Assembly (NCBI RefSeq): GCF_009914755.1
Contig: NC_060935.1
From: the human T2T-CHM13v2.0 reference genome, Homo sapiens
DNA: 64,000 nucleotides
Direction: 5' to 3' (one strand)
Positions 1 to 13,682 of the stretch are shown one piece after another. The notes beneath the pieces are model-generated. The model saw only the letters and a list, made by a program, of their open reading frames with translations. It was not told where the DNA came from and searched no databases. The stretch's first letter is position 1, and every line of letters starts with the position of its first letter. Position numbers and translations under genes: made by a program.

Positions 1-252
1 GTGAGGACATTTGCCCAACAACTGCATATCTAATTTCTGACTAGCATCACCCTTCTTATTGCTCCTTGTAGTCAAGGATAATTATCTCAAAACAATCATA
101 CAATTCTCTTCAATTGTTTTTAAACTTTGTCTTCATCTACCTCCTTGAATATATACATAGTTTATTATAGCACACATACTCCCATTGCAATGCTGTTTCT
201 GAATGTGTATAATTTTCCTTTAGAGATCTTTTGTTAGTTATTTAGATTGAAG
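1..252 (+). mobile_element. ERV1 LTR fragment (MER34/MER39-like), 3' part
   Basis: 'ctttgtcttcatctacctccttgaatatatacatagtttattatagcacacatactcccattgcaatgc...ttatttagattga' resembles the MER34/MER39 3' end as recalled; approximate edges. Confidence 0.55.
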
Positions 253-264
253 ATGTAAACATAA

Positions 265-600
265 TTAAAGTGTTTCTCTGAGTCCTATAAGTCTTGATAG
301 CAAAGTACCAAACCCAAAGAGGGGTCTTGGGAACCTCAATTTGTAGCCACGTTGGACAGATGTATGGGTAACCTGGGGACCTTTACTTGCAATTGGTATA
401 TGAAGTGGGAAGTAGTCTTGTGGGACTAAGCCCTTAACCCGTGGGATGTGCACTAACCTCAGGTAGTCAATGTGATAACTGAATTGCAGGATACTCAGTT
501 GGTGCCCAGAGAGTTGGAGAATTGGTTAGTAAGAGCAAAACATCCACACATATGGTGTCAGAGTGAAGTTTTGAGAATGTAGTGAAGTGTTGAGTATTTA
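265..600 (+). mobile_element. MER21-like LTR fragment
   Basis: 'ttgggaacctcaatttgtagcc...gggtaacctggggacc...gtcttgtgggactaagcccttaacccgtggg...ccacacatatggtgtcaga' matches the recalled MER21 3' portion. Confidence 0.65.
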
Positions 601-3600
601 GAATAGAGATAAACAAGGAGTTCTCCTTGGAGAGGAGAAAATAGAGTTTCCTTTAAAGGGCCAAAATCAAAAAGGCTTTAAATAAAAAAACTTCTTTAAA
701 ACTGTTAAATCCCAATTAAAATGACCAGAACACCCAATTCCTCTATTCTAATTGAGATTATTCAGGCCAATTAGAGCTAATAGTAATTCCATGCAATTCT
801 CATTCATAAAAATATTAATAAAACCTTTAATTTACATATAAAGTATGATTATTTTTTCTTTCTTTTATGGGCTTACTACAAAACCTAAACTTTTAAATAT
901 ATTGACAGGGTAAATTTACACAGGACTAATAAAAGCTGTCTACTGGATGTGTTACGTGAGTTTTAATTTAGCAAAGGAAAGAAATTCTTTACTTTTAGCT
1001 AAAAATACTATCTAAACAATTACAGTTATAACTCCAGGTGATTATTTCATAATGTTGACATTACATTAAAGTCCAATATGTTAAGATGTGATTTTTAAAA
1101 ATTTTGACAAAAGTTATAATTTAAAACAAAACAAAACAACTCAATGTTTAGGCCTACAATGACAGCCTTGCCAAGAATGGTAGAAACGCATATCCCTCTA
1201 CCCACACGAAGGGGAAATAGCATATACCTCTCAAATTATATGACTCACTCCCTACCTGAGAGATATAGAACATATGACCTAGGCCAATCTGGAGGAGTTA
1301 GAACATATTTTAAAAGATAATTATAAGAAATAAGTCACTTTTAAAATTACTGTGGAAACAAGATAAATTCACCATGCTATTTGTACAGCATTCGAGTTGT
1401 TTTCCCCTAGATTAAGCAATTTGCTTCTCTCTGGCAAATGCCATGTGAACCATATTAGGGTCTCCCATTGCATTTCTTGAACACAGGCAAATATAGGACC
1501 AGGTACTGTGTTAGGTGCTGGCGTATAAGGGTAAACAAATGCAACGTGATCCTGGATTTCATAGACCCTATTAGTCTTGTTGCCATGAACATCACACAAC
1601 AAAAATGCAATGGAATATGACATTGCTTGTTTATTCTTTATAAGGGAAATACTTTCTTTATGGTTTTTCACATCCTAAGTAGAGATAGGTTCACTCTCAA
1701 GAAATGCAAGCTTACCTATAAATAAGTCAATGGTTTCTGCCCAACATTTATGGTTATATAAACCTATTGGACTATTGGTTCTGATTTTAGTTAAGTAAAA
1801 TAAACATAGATGACATTTCCAAACTCTTTGTATGTGAGTTAATTTTATAATACAAAATATAAGTTTTCAAAGTCTGTGATTGTCTCATGAATATTTACAA
1901 TGGGTGTTTTCCTACTCAGCTTTTTGTTTTCTTCTAAGGTACAGGTAGTTTCATCTTTGCATCAATGATTTCATTTGAAATTTTTACCATTATGAATATT
2001 TCTTAATGTACAACTGTGGAGAGGCTAATTGACCCTTTCAAAAATAGACATGTTTTCATATAAAAGGTCCATTTTGCTACAGATGGGTAACTAAAGCAGC
2101 AACTGGCTTCAGCATTGTAATAGTCTGAAGACTTAATTATTCAGGAACAGGTTTTCTCTCTTTCCCCAACCTAACACTTTTCTTTCTAATGCCACTTACA
2201 ATTGAAAAATATTTTAAATCCAAGCCACTAACATTGCTGAGTCATGCTAAGTTGTGCAATATTATGTTACATTCCATCTGGCATTAGTTAATATGATAGG
2301 ATGTAGAATATTTAATTTTCATTTAAATATGTGTTTTAGGTGTAGATATGTTTCAAGATGCTTCCTATAATTCAGAATTTATCTTGCAAATGTCTTTTAC
2401 AGATAGCCCTTATTATGGCCACTAAGACTAAACATAAATAACATTCATTGTATTAAATGTGCTTTTCCTATCCGAATGTTACAAATTATTGGCATTCAAT
2501 TGAAGAACTTGTTAAGTATATAAAATTTTGTACCCGCTAGTATCTGGAATATGCCATGAAGCAAGTTCTGTTTATAGACAAAGTCTGTAAGATATCCAAA
2601 TACCACTGTGATATGTTTACAGTTTATAAAAGAATTAAATATCAAGTCCTTTTGGGTGTGCAAAAAATGAGCATTAAATGAATTGAAGGAAGAAACTAGA
2701 AAATTTTAATATCTGGCACATGTGAAATGAATGAATAAATGCATTCATCTCTTCCTCACAGCTTATTTTTGGTTGCTAAGGGACTCTCTAATGGTCATTA
2801 AGGTCATGACAGGGGATTAGTTTACTTTTATAAATGGATTTCATCTGGAAATGTCATTTCTTTGCAATCGACTATATCATCTTGGGTCTATGAGCAATGA
2901 TGCTAAATTACAGACAGATGGAGAATTTTGAAAAGAGTTCCAACTAATTCTGACAGCCATCACTTCCCACCCTCCTTGGTTAAAAATTAACTTCCAATAG
3001 TGGGAAAAAGATGATGAAACCTACCCAATATCTACAAAAGATGTTAAATATCATGAATTTTTATCCACAATTTCTTTTTTTTGGGAGGCAGAATGAGTCG
3101 ATCTGAAGGGAGATATGAAGATTACTAAATAAAATCAAATTTCTTTATATAATATTGCCTGCCAAATTAAACTTATAAGCATGAGGAAGCAGCCTCTACA
3201 GAAAAATAATTATTATAGGAGTCAAAACGTATTGTGTTAGTTACCAAGAAGTGCTAAAGTTCACCTGTACAGTTTATTTAGTTCAATTAGTTCTCAAGGC
3301 TTGTCCTTTAAATCTTCACATGAAAGGAAAGACAGCAATGGAACATTTCTTCAAGATCATCAAAGTACTTGAAGCATTTAAGGGAGTATGTTTGGCTGGC
3401 TGGGTACTACAAAGAGCCAATTAGGATTGTTCACTGCTTTAAAACAGACAAGATAACCAAAAGGGAAGACTCTCTCATTATAGGCTTTGAAAGCAATATT
3501 TAGGATCATGGACTTTTAGCCTTTAGCAGTGTAAGCACCAAATTGCTTGAATGATTTATTCTCCAGAGGGCAAGTATAAGGGGGCCTTTATCAAATTAAT

Positions 3601-4394
3601 GGCCAATACATGTATTTAGTGGAGTTAAACACTGATATTTAAAAAGTCCATGTGAAGGATGGCCAAGATACATAGGCTTGTGTTGCTGTAATTACCAATA
3701 GATGGCCTATCTTTTCCTACCATGTATATCTCTTTTTGATACCTTCCCTTTCCTCCTGGCTTTGCTGCTCATGTGCCAATGATGGCCAGGCAGGGAAATG
3801 CAAGCCTTACTGATACCAATTTTTGGCTTTTTTTTCAATTAAATAAAAAAAAAGCTTATTAGGAAAGGAGGGAAGATTGGTTATAAGGGAAAATTGGTAG
3901 ATTTTTATAAGATACATGAGTAAAAAACAGTAATGTAAAAAATGTATGTTATAGTAGTGTAAAAATGTAAAAATATGGTAGCATTAATTGCTATAATAAA
4001 GATAGTTTGGGCTAGGATGAAAACTTGAGGACAGGTACTTAGTTGAAGGAGTCAGTGGAATTGAATAATGTAGTTATGGATCATCTGTGCATAGGAAATA
4101 ATTTAATTGAGAAACTCAGAAAATAATGTTCTAATTTTGAGATATACCTATCTATATCTATATCTATCAAGGAGGAGGGGCAGGCGAGGGAGTGAATATG
4201 AACAGATTAGACTTCAAGCCATCATCACCCTGATATATAATATATAAATAATGTGATATATGTATATCACATTTATATATATATATTTACTTTTTGTACT
4301 CTATTGTGTATACATATATATTGTAAGTCCTTGTCCTTTACACATTCCATAAACAATGAAATACAAAAAGCCATAAAATAATAAAATTCTTACA

Positions 4395-4743
4395 AAAGCC
4401 ATAAAAAATAATGAAATTATGTCTTTTGTAGCAACATGGATAAAACTGTAGGCCATTATCTTAAGTGAAACAACTCAGAAACAGGAAGTCAAATACTGCA
4501 AGTTCTTCCTTATAAGTGGGAGCTAAATAACGTGTACACATGGGTATAGAGTGAGAAAGGATAAATAATGAAGACTCAGAGGGTGGAATGGGGAAGAGGA
4601 ATGAGGGGTGAAAAATTACTTAATGGGCACAGTGTACATTATTTGGGTGATGGTTACGCTAAAAGCCCAGACATTACTATTGCACAATATGTTTATGTAA
4701 CAAAACTATAGTTGTGCCCCTTAAATTTATACAAATAAAAAAA
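4395..4743 (+). mobile_element. L1 (L1PB-like) 3' end, 5'-truncated
   Basis: ORF2 end and 3'UTR motifs 'gccataaaaaataatgaaattatgtcttttgtagcaacatgg...ggtgatggttacgctaaaagcccagac', ending in an A-rich tail. Confidence 0.75.
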
Positions 4744-5467
4744 TTTAAATGTGGCATATCTTTGAAAGGTCATATAGTATATATAAGCGTTTTATGTTGG
4801 GAGTTTTGGGAAAAACGAATCTCTCACATCTCTTTTCTGGATTCAAAACCAACTGAGAAATAGACATAAATAAGATCTGGGATGGGCGTACTAACAAAAT
4901 AAAGGGTTTTCTGCTACTTCTTCCCCAAGTTTAGATCTTGGTTCTTATCAAGCCAGCCCCATGAAGAAACATGACCTAACCAATGTGCTTTGAACACAAA
5001 TGAGCAAAAATGGAAATGCTAAGAGAAGGACAGTGGGGCTCTTGGCTTGTGTACCTACCGTGGCTATTTACTGTATGGAAGTAAAAACTGGGAGAACAAA
5101 GGCCACAAGAAGGCAAAAAGAGATTTGAGAAAATGGAGCAAGAGGGTTGGCTACACATGAAATAGAGTAGTAATGCTCTATACTTTAACTCAACCCAATA
5201 GAGGAATGTGGAACGATGGATGATGGTATTTTACAATCCCAGATTATACAAATCATTTCTTTTTGGGAAGAGTGAATAAGAAAGTAAAGAAAGAAGATTC
5301 TCTATTTCTTCTCAGAGAAAGAGAGGAAATGTTACTTTCTATTTCATGGGTAAATGAAAGAATATATAAAGATGAAGAAAATTTTTATTCCTTACACTGC
5401 TTTGTCATTTTTCTGCTTGAATTATTTAAAACTTTTGGTTGCAATGGACAGAAAATAAAAGTGGCTC

Positions 5468-6045
5468 AAAACACAAGACTTGTACATGAATGTTTATAGC
5501 AATTTAATTTGTAATAGCCCCAAAATGGAAACAATCAAAATGTCCTAGAGTAGGTAAATGGTTAAGCAAATTGTGGTACATTCGCACCATAGAATATTGT
5601 TAAGCAATAAAATGGAATGAACTACTGATATATGCATCAACTTGGATGAATCTAAAGGACATTAAGGTGATTGAAAAATAAAGCCAATCTCAAAGGGTCA
5701 TATACTATATTATTCCATTTATATAACATTCTCAAAATGACAACATTATAGAGATGGAGAACAGATTAGTGATTGCCAAAGGCAAGAATGGATAGGAAGG
5801 AGAAGTTTGTGGTGATGGAATAATTCTGCGTCTCACTTTTGGTGGTGGTTACATGAATATACACACATAATGAAATGGCATAGAATGATTCACACGTATT
5901 GCACTAATGTCAATTTCCTGGATTTGATATTATACTACAGTTACTTAAGAACAATTGGGAAAAACTAGGTAAAGCGTGCACAGGACATCTCTGTACTATT
6001 TTTGCAACTTTGTTTGAATCTATAATTATCTTAGCATAGAGTTAA
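5468..6045 (+). mobile_element. Old L1 (L1MB/L1MC-like) 3' end
   Basis: 'gacttgtacatgaatgtttatagc...aatggaatgaactactgata...tctctgtactatttttgcaact' L1M 3'UTR motifs. Confidence 0.7.
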
Positions 6046-6049
6046 AAAT

Positions 6050-6560
6050 TTGGCTCAAGTGAAAAAGGGAATTACTTGGTTTATGGAATTTGGCAGTGCA
6101 GGGGTTGAATCTAGGTAGCCTCACGCAAACCTGGATTCAGGAGCTCACACAATGTCATCTGGAGCTTTTTCTCTTTTTCCTTTTCTAGGTTCTGCTCACT
6201 TTTCTGTGTTGACTTAATTCTGTAGACAGCTTTCTCCATGAAGCTGCGGAAGACGCCAGAGATTAAGGCTTACATGATTCTTATACCTTGTAACCTGGGA
6301 CAAAAAGTCTCTTACAATCTTAGTGGATCAGTCCTCTTGGAACCAATCACTGTTGTCAGGAAGACCTTTGATGATTATTACACTGATGGGCCTTAATGTG
6401 CTGGGGAAAAACAGGTGTGTTTACATGTGCGTGAGTGGAGTGTGTGTCTACATGTGTGTGCGCACACAGAGATAGCTCCACTGGGACCTCACTGAGGAAA
6501 GGAGTGGTTTCCCAAAGAAGTGAGATGTTTTAATCAAATTCAGGTTAAGTGGACCTGGCA
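6050..6560. mobile_element. Degenerate MaLR LTR (MLT1J/K-like)
   Basis: 'ctggattcaggagctcacacaatgtcatc' and 'gaaccaatcactgttg' are typical MLT1 motifs; highly diverged. Confidence 0.45.
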
Positions 6561-7720
6561 AAATAGCAGATGTCTACTATACCACTCAAATATCAAAGTG
6601 TAGATATGAACAAATACTTGATACTTTAACTTGTAAAACATTTAAATATTACTATAACAAATAATGTTTACAGGTTTAAATGTTACTTACTTTTGGAAAG
6701 AAAAGGCTAGAAAGACTGAACAAAATTTAGTAATTAACCAAAAGCCTAAAAGAAACATAGTTCCAGGATGAGTGGCAAAATGAATCTCAACATTGCATTG
6801 TAAGTGAAGATGTTAACAAAAAATCAGAAATTCACCATACTCTTTAAATTATATAGAAAACTAAGGTTTTATATGTAAAATAATTAGTAGTTGAAACAGG
6901 TTAAAGTTTTAGAAAAAAAGTACAGGCTCTCTAACATTGATCTAATAATTAAAAATACCCACGTATGCATTCAAACTTAGAAAATACCTTTATATAGGCC
7001 CAAAGCCCACTGTGGTGATTATTAAGCTCAGTGGTAGATGGGGACATTTTACTGAGTTGGGGTCATTTTAGGTAATACTCTGTAGCACAAGATGGTAAAG
7101 AGGTTGTTGGTTGCCAGGGATGTACATTGAGTGAGAAGATTCTCTTCAAAGTGTAGGAGCAGAGCTAACTGAAGACTAATAAAATAGTTTGATCTTTCAG
7201 ACTTAATTTGGGTAGATTAATATTTTTAACTTGATATGAAGAATTCAGGGGAACAGAGCACTTGGGAAAAAACATTTTGAAGTAGCATTTTGTATTGATT
7301 AAGAACTGTGGTAGAAGTTAAGAATCTACATTAACAATTGTTATTGGGAAGAACAGGAGGGGTTAAAAATTTTTAAAAAGACTTACAATGATTCTGAAAT
7401 AACCACACTGAAGGAGATAATGGGAAAGGGATGTGTGCCAAGGGTGTTGATATTAGAAAGGATTTTCAGCATTTCATATTTGAGAAGTGGCTTGCAGAGG
7501 GGAAGATTATTCTGCAGGGATGAGAAATAAGGCTGAAGACACAGTATTTGTGTCCAAGGTCCTGATCATAGAACTATTTTCCTCTCATGTCTCTACTCTT
7601 CTTAATTATACAGGTACCTTTCACCTTCCATCTAGTTAAAAGTATAAGAATGCATATATATATATTTAAATTATGACTTCTGAAAAAAATTGTCTTATAT
7701 CTCACTTGGGCACACACATA

Positions 7721-8105
7721 CAGATATTCCTCTACTTTTAATGGGGTTATGTCCTGATAAACCCATCGTAAATTCAAAGTCTCATTAAGTTGAACTGTGT
7801 GGCTGACTGGGAGCTACGGCTTGCTGCTGCTGCCCAGCACTGTGAGAGAAACCGTACAACTATTCTGTTTTTCACTTTTAGTACAGTGTTAAATACATTA
7901 CATGAGATATTCAGTACTTTCTTATAAAATAGCCTTTGTGTCAGATGATTTTGCTCAACTGTAGGCTAATATAAGTATTCTGAGCATATTTAAGGTAGGC
8001 TGGGTTAAGCTATGTTTGGTAAGTTAGATACATTAAATGCATTTTTGACTCACAAGATTTTCAGCTTATTATGTGTTTATCAGGACATAACCTGAGGAGC
8101 ATCTG
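7721..8105 (-). mobile_element. Tigger3/MER7-type DNA transposon (TcMar) with terminal inverted repeats and TA target duplication
   Basis: Ends CAGATATTCCTC...GAGGAGCATCTG flanked by TA (7719-7720, 8106-8107); inverted 'ggttatgtcctgataaac' near both ends. Confidence 0.8.
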
Positions 8106-8535
8106 TATGTACATATAAATGACAGAAATACTTCAGAACTAAACTTCCCCAAAAGGTCTTAACTTGAGGGACTAATCCCCATAGTGGCTGTTATGTAGAA
8201 TTTGCCATTTGCAAGGATTGAGTGATTTGTCAAGATGATGTTCATTCAGATAAGTATGGACTATCTATCAATTACTACTCTTTGGGGGAAGTCATAGGAG
8301 GCGACAAGCTTAGTGCTCTGCATATACATTTCAAAAACAATTGCCCTGTACTAATTCCTGAAACGTATGTTTATATTTTGTCTTAATGTCCCAGTTGTGC
8401 CTTTAGACTTTGAATATGGAGTCTTAACACAAAAAAATTGAGGATGTAAACGAGTGATTTTGTAACATATCTTACCTTGAGTGGTTAACAACTTATGAGT
8501 AAGTTGTGAATACGCAAAAAGCAATATATGTGTGA

Positions 8536-8952
<417 letters not shown>

Positions 8953-9377
8953 CATTTTTGTTTTTAATATAAACAAGGTGAGTTAGATATAATTTGTTTA
9001 TAATTATAAAATGCACTGAATCAATCCCAAATCTGGATATAATTTACTGAACTTCACCCACAAATTAAAGCTAATTACCAGTCACAAGTGAACAGGTGAC
9101 TCAAATTTGTTTTGTGTAGGAGAGATGCTTTTTGTATAGCCATCCATATGCAGTGTTAGCCACACTGTAGATAGAGGTATTTTATATCAACTTTAGTTCA
9201 AAAATCCCAATTCTGCTACTGTACAGCTGTGGAATTTTTGGCAAATTACTTAATTTTCCAAGCATCTTCTCCTTTTTCAATTAGAAAACTAAATATGTTA
9301 TCTAGACATCATCATCTGAAATCCTCATGGGTAGTTGTTTTATAATTCAGTATTTTCTTTTTGTTTTAGAAATGCAA

Positions 9378-9615
9378 TACAGTGCATATACTGTATTTAT
9401 ACATAACACCCTCACCCTGGTGGGGTCTGGGCTAATACTCTATAACTGAATGTTAACATTTCTGCAGCAAAGCCTCTGAATGTTTATACTAAGTAGGGTA
9501 AATACAATTAATAGACTCATATTAGCAGAAGTCAGGTTTTACAGACAAAAATTATACAAAACCTGATTTTCAAAATCTGTGGAGTTTTGGAATTGAATAA
9601 GAAGTTGTAGATCTG
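9378..9615. mobile_element. TcMar-Tigger-type fragment (MER46C-like)
   Basis: 'ggggtctgggctaatactctataac...atttctgcagcaaagc...ggaattgaataagaagttgtagatctgta'; recalled similarity only. Confidence 0.4.
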
Positions 9616-10045
9616 TAACATTTACTTTTTTAAAAAATGTACTTAATTGATAAATAAAACTTATACATATTTATCATGTTCAACATGAAATGTAACATCT
9701 ACTTTAAAAGCTTGTTTGAGGAATAAGTGAAAAATGCATTTAAAACATTTATCATATGATAAGAGCTCAAAAAAGTATGACTATTATTACGTGTTCATTA
9801 ACAAATGTGGACTGAGGGCCCCTTTACAAATAAAGGGACACTTTATAAGGCTTGTGGTTGGAAGTTGTTCTCAGAGTAAGGTCAGATTATCCTATCTGAT
9901 TCCAGAATTTGCAACTTCATTAACATCAAAGCTCTTGTTGAGCAGTTACTGTAGATATTTCCAAGTTATTTAAATATGAGTCAAAGCATAATATAAAACA
10001 AAATGCAGTTGTTATAAATATGAATCCCTCTTCGGTTTAACAATT

Positions 10046-10268
10046 ATATATACATATGCACGTGTATATATGTATAGTCAGTTCTGCTATATATATATAT
10101 ACAGCATGTATATGTATATAGCATGTTTTCTGTAGTAGATGCTTGTATATGTATACACGTATACATATAAATGTAGTTTTGTATATGTATACATGTACAC
10201 ATATAAATGTACAGGTTTGCTGTATATATGTGTGTGTATAAATATATATACTATATATATATATATAT
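10046..10268. repeat. (TA)n/(TATG)n low-complexity tract
   Basis: Directly visible alternating TA/TATG runs. Confidence 0.9.
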
Positions 10269-10835
10269 AGTCAGTTCTGCTGTAACTATTTTGAAAGTAC
10301 AGATTTGCTCCTATGGCATTGGTACATTAGGGAACCATTTGGGCCTAATGTGAGTTTTGTACCTGGATACACAAGCTTTCATCTGGATGAAACATTAGGT
10401 GAACAGAAAGCTCCACTCAGTGGTATCAAGCTACATCAGAATATTCAAAATGAATATACCTCATGACAGTGGGCCACAGCCATCCACATCTGGCATTATA
10501 AATTCCTGTCTGAATTCAGATCACCCTCCTTCCATCATTTCCTAGTAACTCACAAGCTACAATCCTTCCACATCAACTTCCAAGCAAACTTTCCTTCTCA
10601 AGGCAAAGTGCCATATTTGTCATAGTACTCATACATTTCTTAACCAGTTAACGTGTAAAATTAGGCCACTGTTTTTATTAGGTTCCTATCTTTCTTTTAA
10701 TGTGTCAGTGACTAACCTTTTGAGTGTTGTGCTACTAACCCCATTTTTCCCATAAACCTTGTGGTTTCATTGCACAACTTTGCACAGCATTTTGTGTTTT
10801 ATGAACACATATGCCATGTTATAGCAGTGCTGTCG
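10268..10835. mobile_element. Old Tigger-type DNA transposon (Tigger13-like)
   Basis: Starts 'tagtcagttctgctgtaac' and ends 'gttatagcagtgctgtc', an imperfect inverted terminal pair. Confidence 0.5.
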
Positions 10836-11139
10836 TTTATGACACTTGGTGTGTTCTGTGGAACATGCTTAACACATCATAATGTAGAAATAACAGTGAC
10901 TACTCCAAAGTATTCTCAGAAATGCTGAACAGTGTAGCTCAAAAGAGACCATTATCTACGTTTCTCTCGATATATTTACTATATAAAAATTATCATAGCA
11001 GTATTATGAAATTCACACTTAAAAATTTTACAAATATGTCCATGATGGTTTTAAATGTGAATAAAAATGAAAAGTGCAAAACAATATAACAAGTATGATC
11101 CTATTTTCATAAAAAAATCCAAGAATATAGGTATATTGA

Positions 11140-11300
11140 AATATATATAATAAATATATTGTTTTATATATAAATATATATATTTGTTATATATAAATAT
11201 ATATATTATTTGTTTTATATAAATATATATAATAAATATATTATTTGTTTTATATAAATATATATAATAAGTATATTATTTGTTTTATATATATATATAA
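11140..11300. repeat. AT-only degenerate tandem repeat (unit ~'atatatataataaatatattatttgttttatataa')
   Basis: Four to five visible copies of 'tatttgttttatata(t)aaatatatat'. Confidence 0.85.
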
Positions 11301-11338
11301 AAAACAAAAGTAAATGTCTAGTCATGGTACCTAAACTA

Positions 11339-11418
11339 TTAGGTTGGTGCAAAAGCAATTGCGGTTTTTGCCATTGAAAGTAATGGCAAAAACCGCAATT
11401 ACTTTTGCACCAACCTAA
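11339..11418. mobile_element. MADE1 (Hsmar1-derived 80-bp MITE), near-perfect palindrome
   Basis: TTAGGTTGGTGCAAAAGCAATTGCGGTTTTTGCCATT-GAAAGT-AATGGCAAAAACCGCAATTACTTTTGCACCAACCTAA, exactly 80 bp, with TA on both sides (11337-11338, 11419-11420). Confidence 0.96.
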
Positions 11419-11556
11419 TATTAACAGTGGTTACACGTGGGAATGATATTAGTAGGCAGTGAGGAGGAAGCACATTTACTTCGTACTGTTCTGTATCATT
11501 TTTTAGAACAACACTTTTTTTAAAAATAAAAATTAGTTATTTTAGTTAAAATAGAT

Positions 11557-11700
11557 CTATGATGTTACCAACACAAAGATAAAGGTTTGAGGTGATGGAT
11601 ATGCTAAAATCCTGACTTGATCATTACACATTGTATACATATATCAACATATCACATTGTACCCCATATATGTACAATTATTATGTGCCAATTAAAAGTA
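11557..11700 (+). mobile_element. L1MA-like 3' terminal fragment
   Basis: 'tttgaggtgatggatatgctaa...cctgacttgatcattacacattgtatac...tacaattattatgtgccaattaaaa'. Confidence 0.7.
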
Positions 11701-12770
11701 CATATATTAATTTTTTAAGAAAGAATTAAAAATTAAACTGTGGTGTTAGAAGTTAGGATAGCTGTTACCACTGAGGGAGGTGATGACTGGGAGAAGGTGT
11801 AAGAGAGTCTTCCGAGGTACAGATAATTTTCTATTTCATCATTTGAGTGCTGGTTATGTGGGCATGTTCACTTTGAAAATTCACTGTTACATATTCACTT
11901 ATGAGTGATCTACTTTTTACATAAGGCTCACTTAAAAATGTTTTCACAGTGACTTATCAAATAGCATTCTTGTTTTAGTTTAAATTCACATAGTTAATAG
12001 CTGTCTTTTCCCATTCATTATGGTTTATTACCCCAACTTCCCCTTAATATAGTTATATGACAAAAGTCCCTTTTATTAATTTTTATAGAAGTCCAAATCT
12101 CTACCTGATAAAAATGGTATATAAGAAAATCGTGCTCATACCTTTTAGTATGAGGAGGACCATGAGGTCTAGTCACTTATTAATCATGGTAGCCACTCGT
12201 CACTATCTGGTAAAAAGGTTTCTTTTACCTAAAATTGAAAGGAATAGAGAGGTGAAAGTGATTGTTAAACAGGCAACACAACCAAAAACCAAATGTCAAA
12301 GGGACCAAAAAAAAATGTGTTTATGGTGGTTTTCTGTATGACACATCCTGAATATGCTCTATAAATATGGAATCACCAGTGTCAGAGCTGAAAGGGACCT
12401 CAAAGATTATTCTCACACTCTCCCAGCCAGATTTTAAGTGGATAAACTTGATTAGCTGAAAGGCTTAAAATATTTCAGCTTGCTTGCTTTGGTGTGAAGG
12501 GTCCTGTGCTGCATAAAATTAAAAGTGCATTTGGCCAAATATGTTACATTCAGCAAACAAACAGGACAGGCAAGGCAAGTAAACAGTGTATAATTAAGTT
12601 GCAGCTCCATGTACTTCCTATAGCAGCAAGAATGATTGAAACATCTTTTCCCATTATCATTACGAGGCCTGTGGATTATTTTCAGACTTGGCTCTGGCGC
12701 CACATATCTTGATCTTACCTGAAATACAAATCTACAAAATTCACATTTTCTATAAAATAATAGTTTAGAA

Positions 12771-13245
12771 CAGGGGTTCCCAACCGTGGTCTGTTAGGAA
12801 CCAGGCTGCAGAGCAGGAAGCGAGTGGTAGGTGGCCGCTCCCATTGCTGGCATTACCACCTGAGCTCTGCCACGTATCAGATCAGCAGTGGCATTAGATT
12901 CTCATAGGAGTGTGACCCCTATTGTGAACTGTGCATGTGAGGGATCTAAGTTGTACACTCCCTATGAGAACGTAATGCCTGATGATCTGTGACTGTCTCC
13001 TATTACCCCAAGATGGGACCGTCTAGCTGCAAGAAAACAAGCTCAGGGCTCCCAATGATTCTACATTATGGTGAGTTATATAATTATTTAATTATATATG
13101 TAATATATAATGTAATAATAATAGAAATAAAATGCACAATAAATGTAATGTGTTTGAATCATCCTGAAACCACCCCCTACTCTCAGTCTGAGGTTTTGTC
13201 TTTCACAAAACCAGTCCCTGGTGCCAAAAAGGTTGGGGACCACTG
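12771..13245 (+). mobile_element. MER1A (hAT-Charlie) DNA transposon with 8-bp TSD
   Basis: Ends CAGGGGTTCCCAACC...GGTTGGGGACCACTG; 8-bp flanks gtttagaa (12763-12770) and gtttagag (13246-13253); internal 'gattctcataggag...cagggctcccaatgattctacattatggtgag'. Confidence 0.9.
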
Positions 13246-13306
13246 GTTTAGAGTATGAAAGGGGTAGTAATGAGACAAGAAAATGAAACACTTTAAAATC
13301 TACATC

Positions 13307-13342
13307 TTTAATATATCAAGTAGCAAGGGACAATATTTTATT
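13307..13342 (-). terminator. KIF18A: Distal polyadenylation signals (AATAAA 13337-13342; ATTAAA 13307-13312)
   Basis: Plus-strand tttatt and tttaat with a downstream GU-rich element on the minus strand. Confidence 0.7.
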
Positions 13343-13682
13343 TGTGATGACTAAATAATATTTACAATGATTTTATGGGCACATATATTTACACTTGTAC
13401 ATTAAAGTATTTTTGAAAAGGAAAGTCATATATATGATTAAAATAATGTATCAAAACATAATAGAGAACCAAATACATCTTGGGCCATAATTTTACCACT
13501 TCTAAATTCTTATTTTTAAAAAATAATAAAGATAATTTAACTCACTACCATTTACTAAAATGTCCTAGTCAACTTGTTGTGGCATAGTAAAACTAAGCTG
13601 CCACCATGGTAACTTACACTCAGGGATTTTAAAAGGCAACAAATATTTAAAAAACTTAAAAGACAACCTTTTCTTTTGAAAT

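Noticed and set aside
4251-4272. Perfect inverted repeat atgtgatata-tg-tatatcacat
   Set aside because: Short and embedded in TA-rich low-complexity DNA; expected by chance or slippage.
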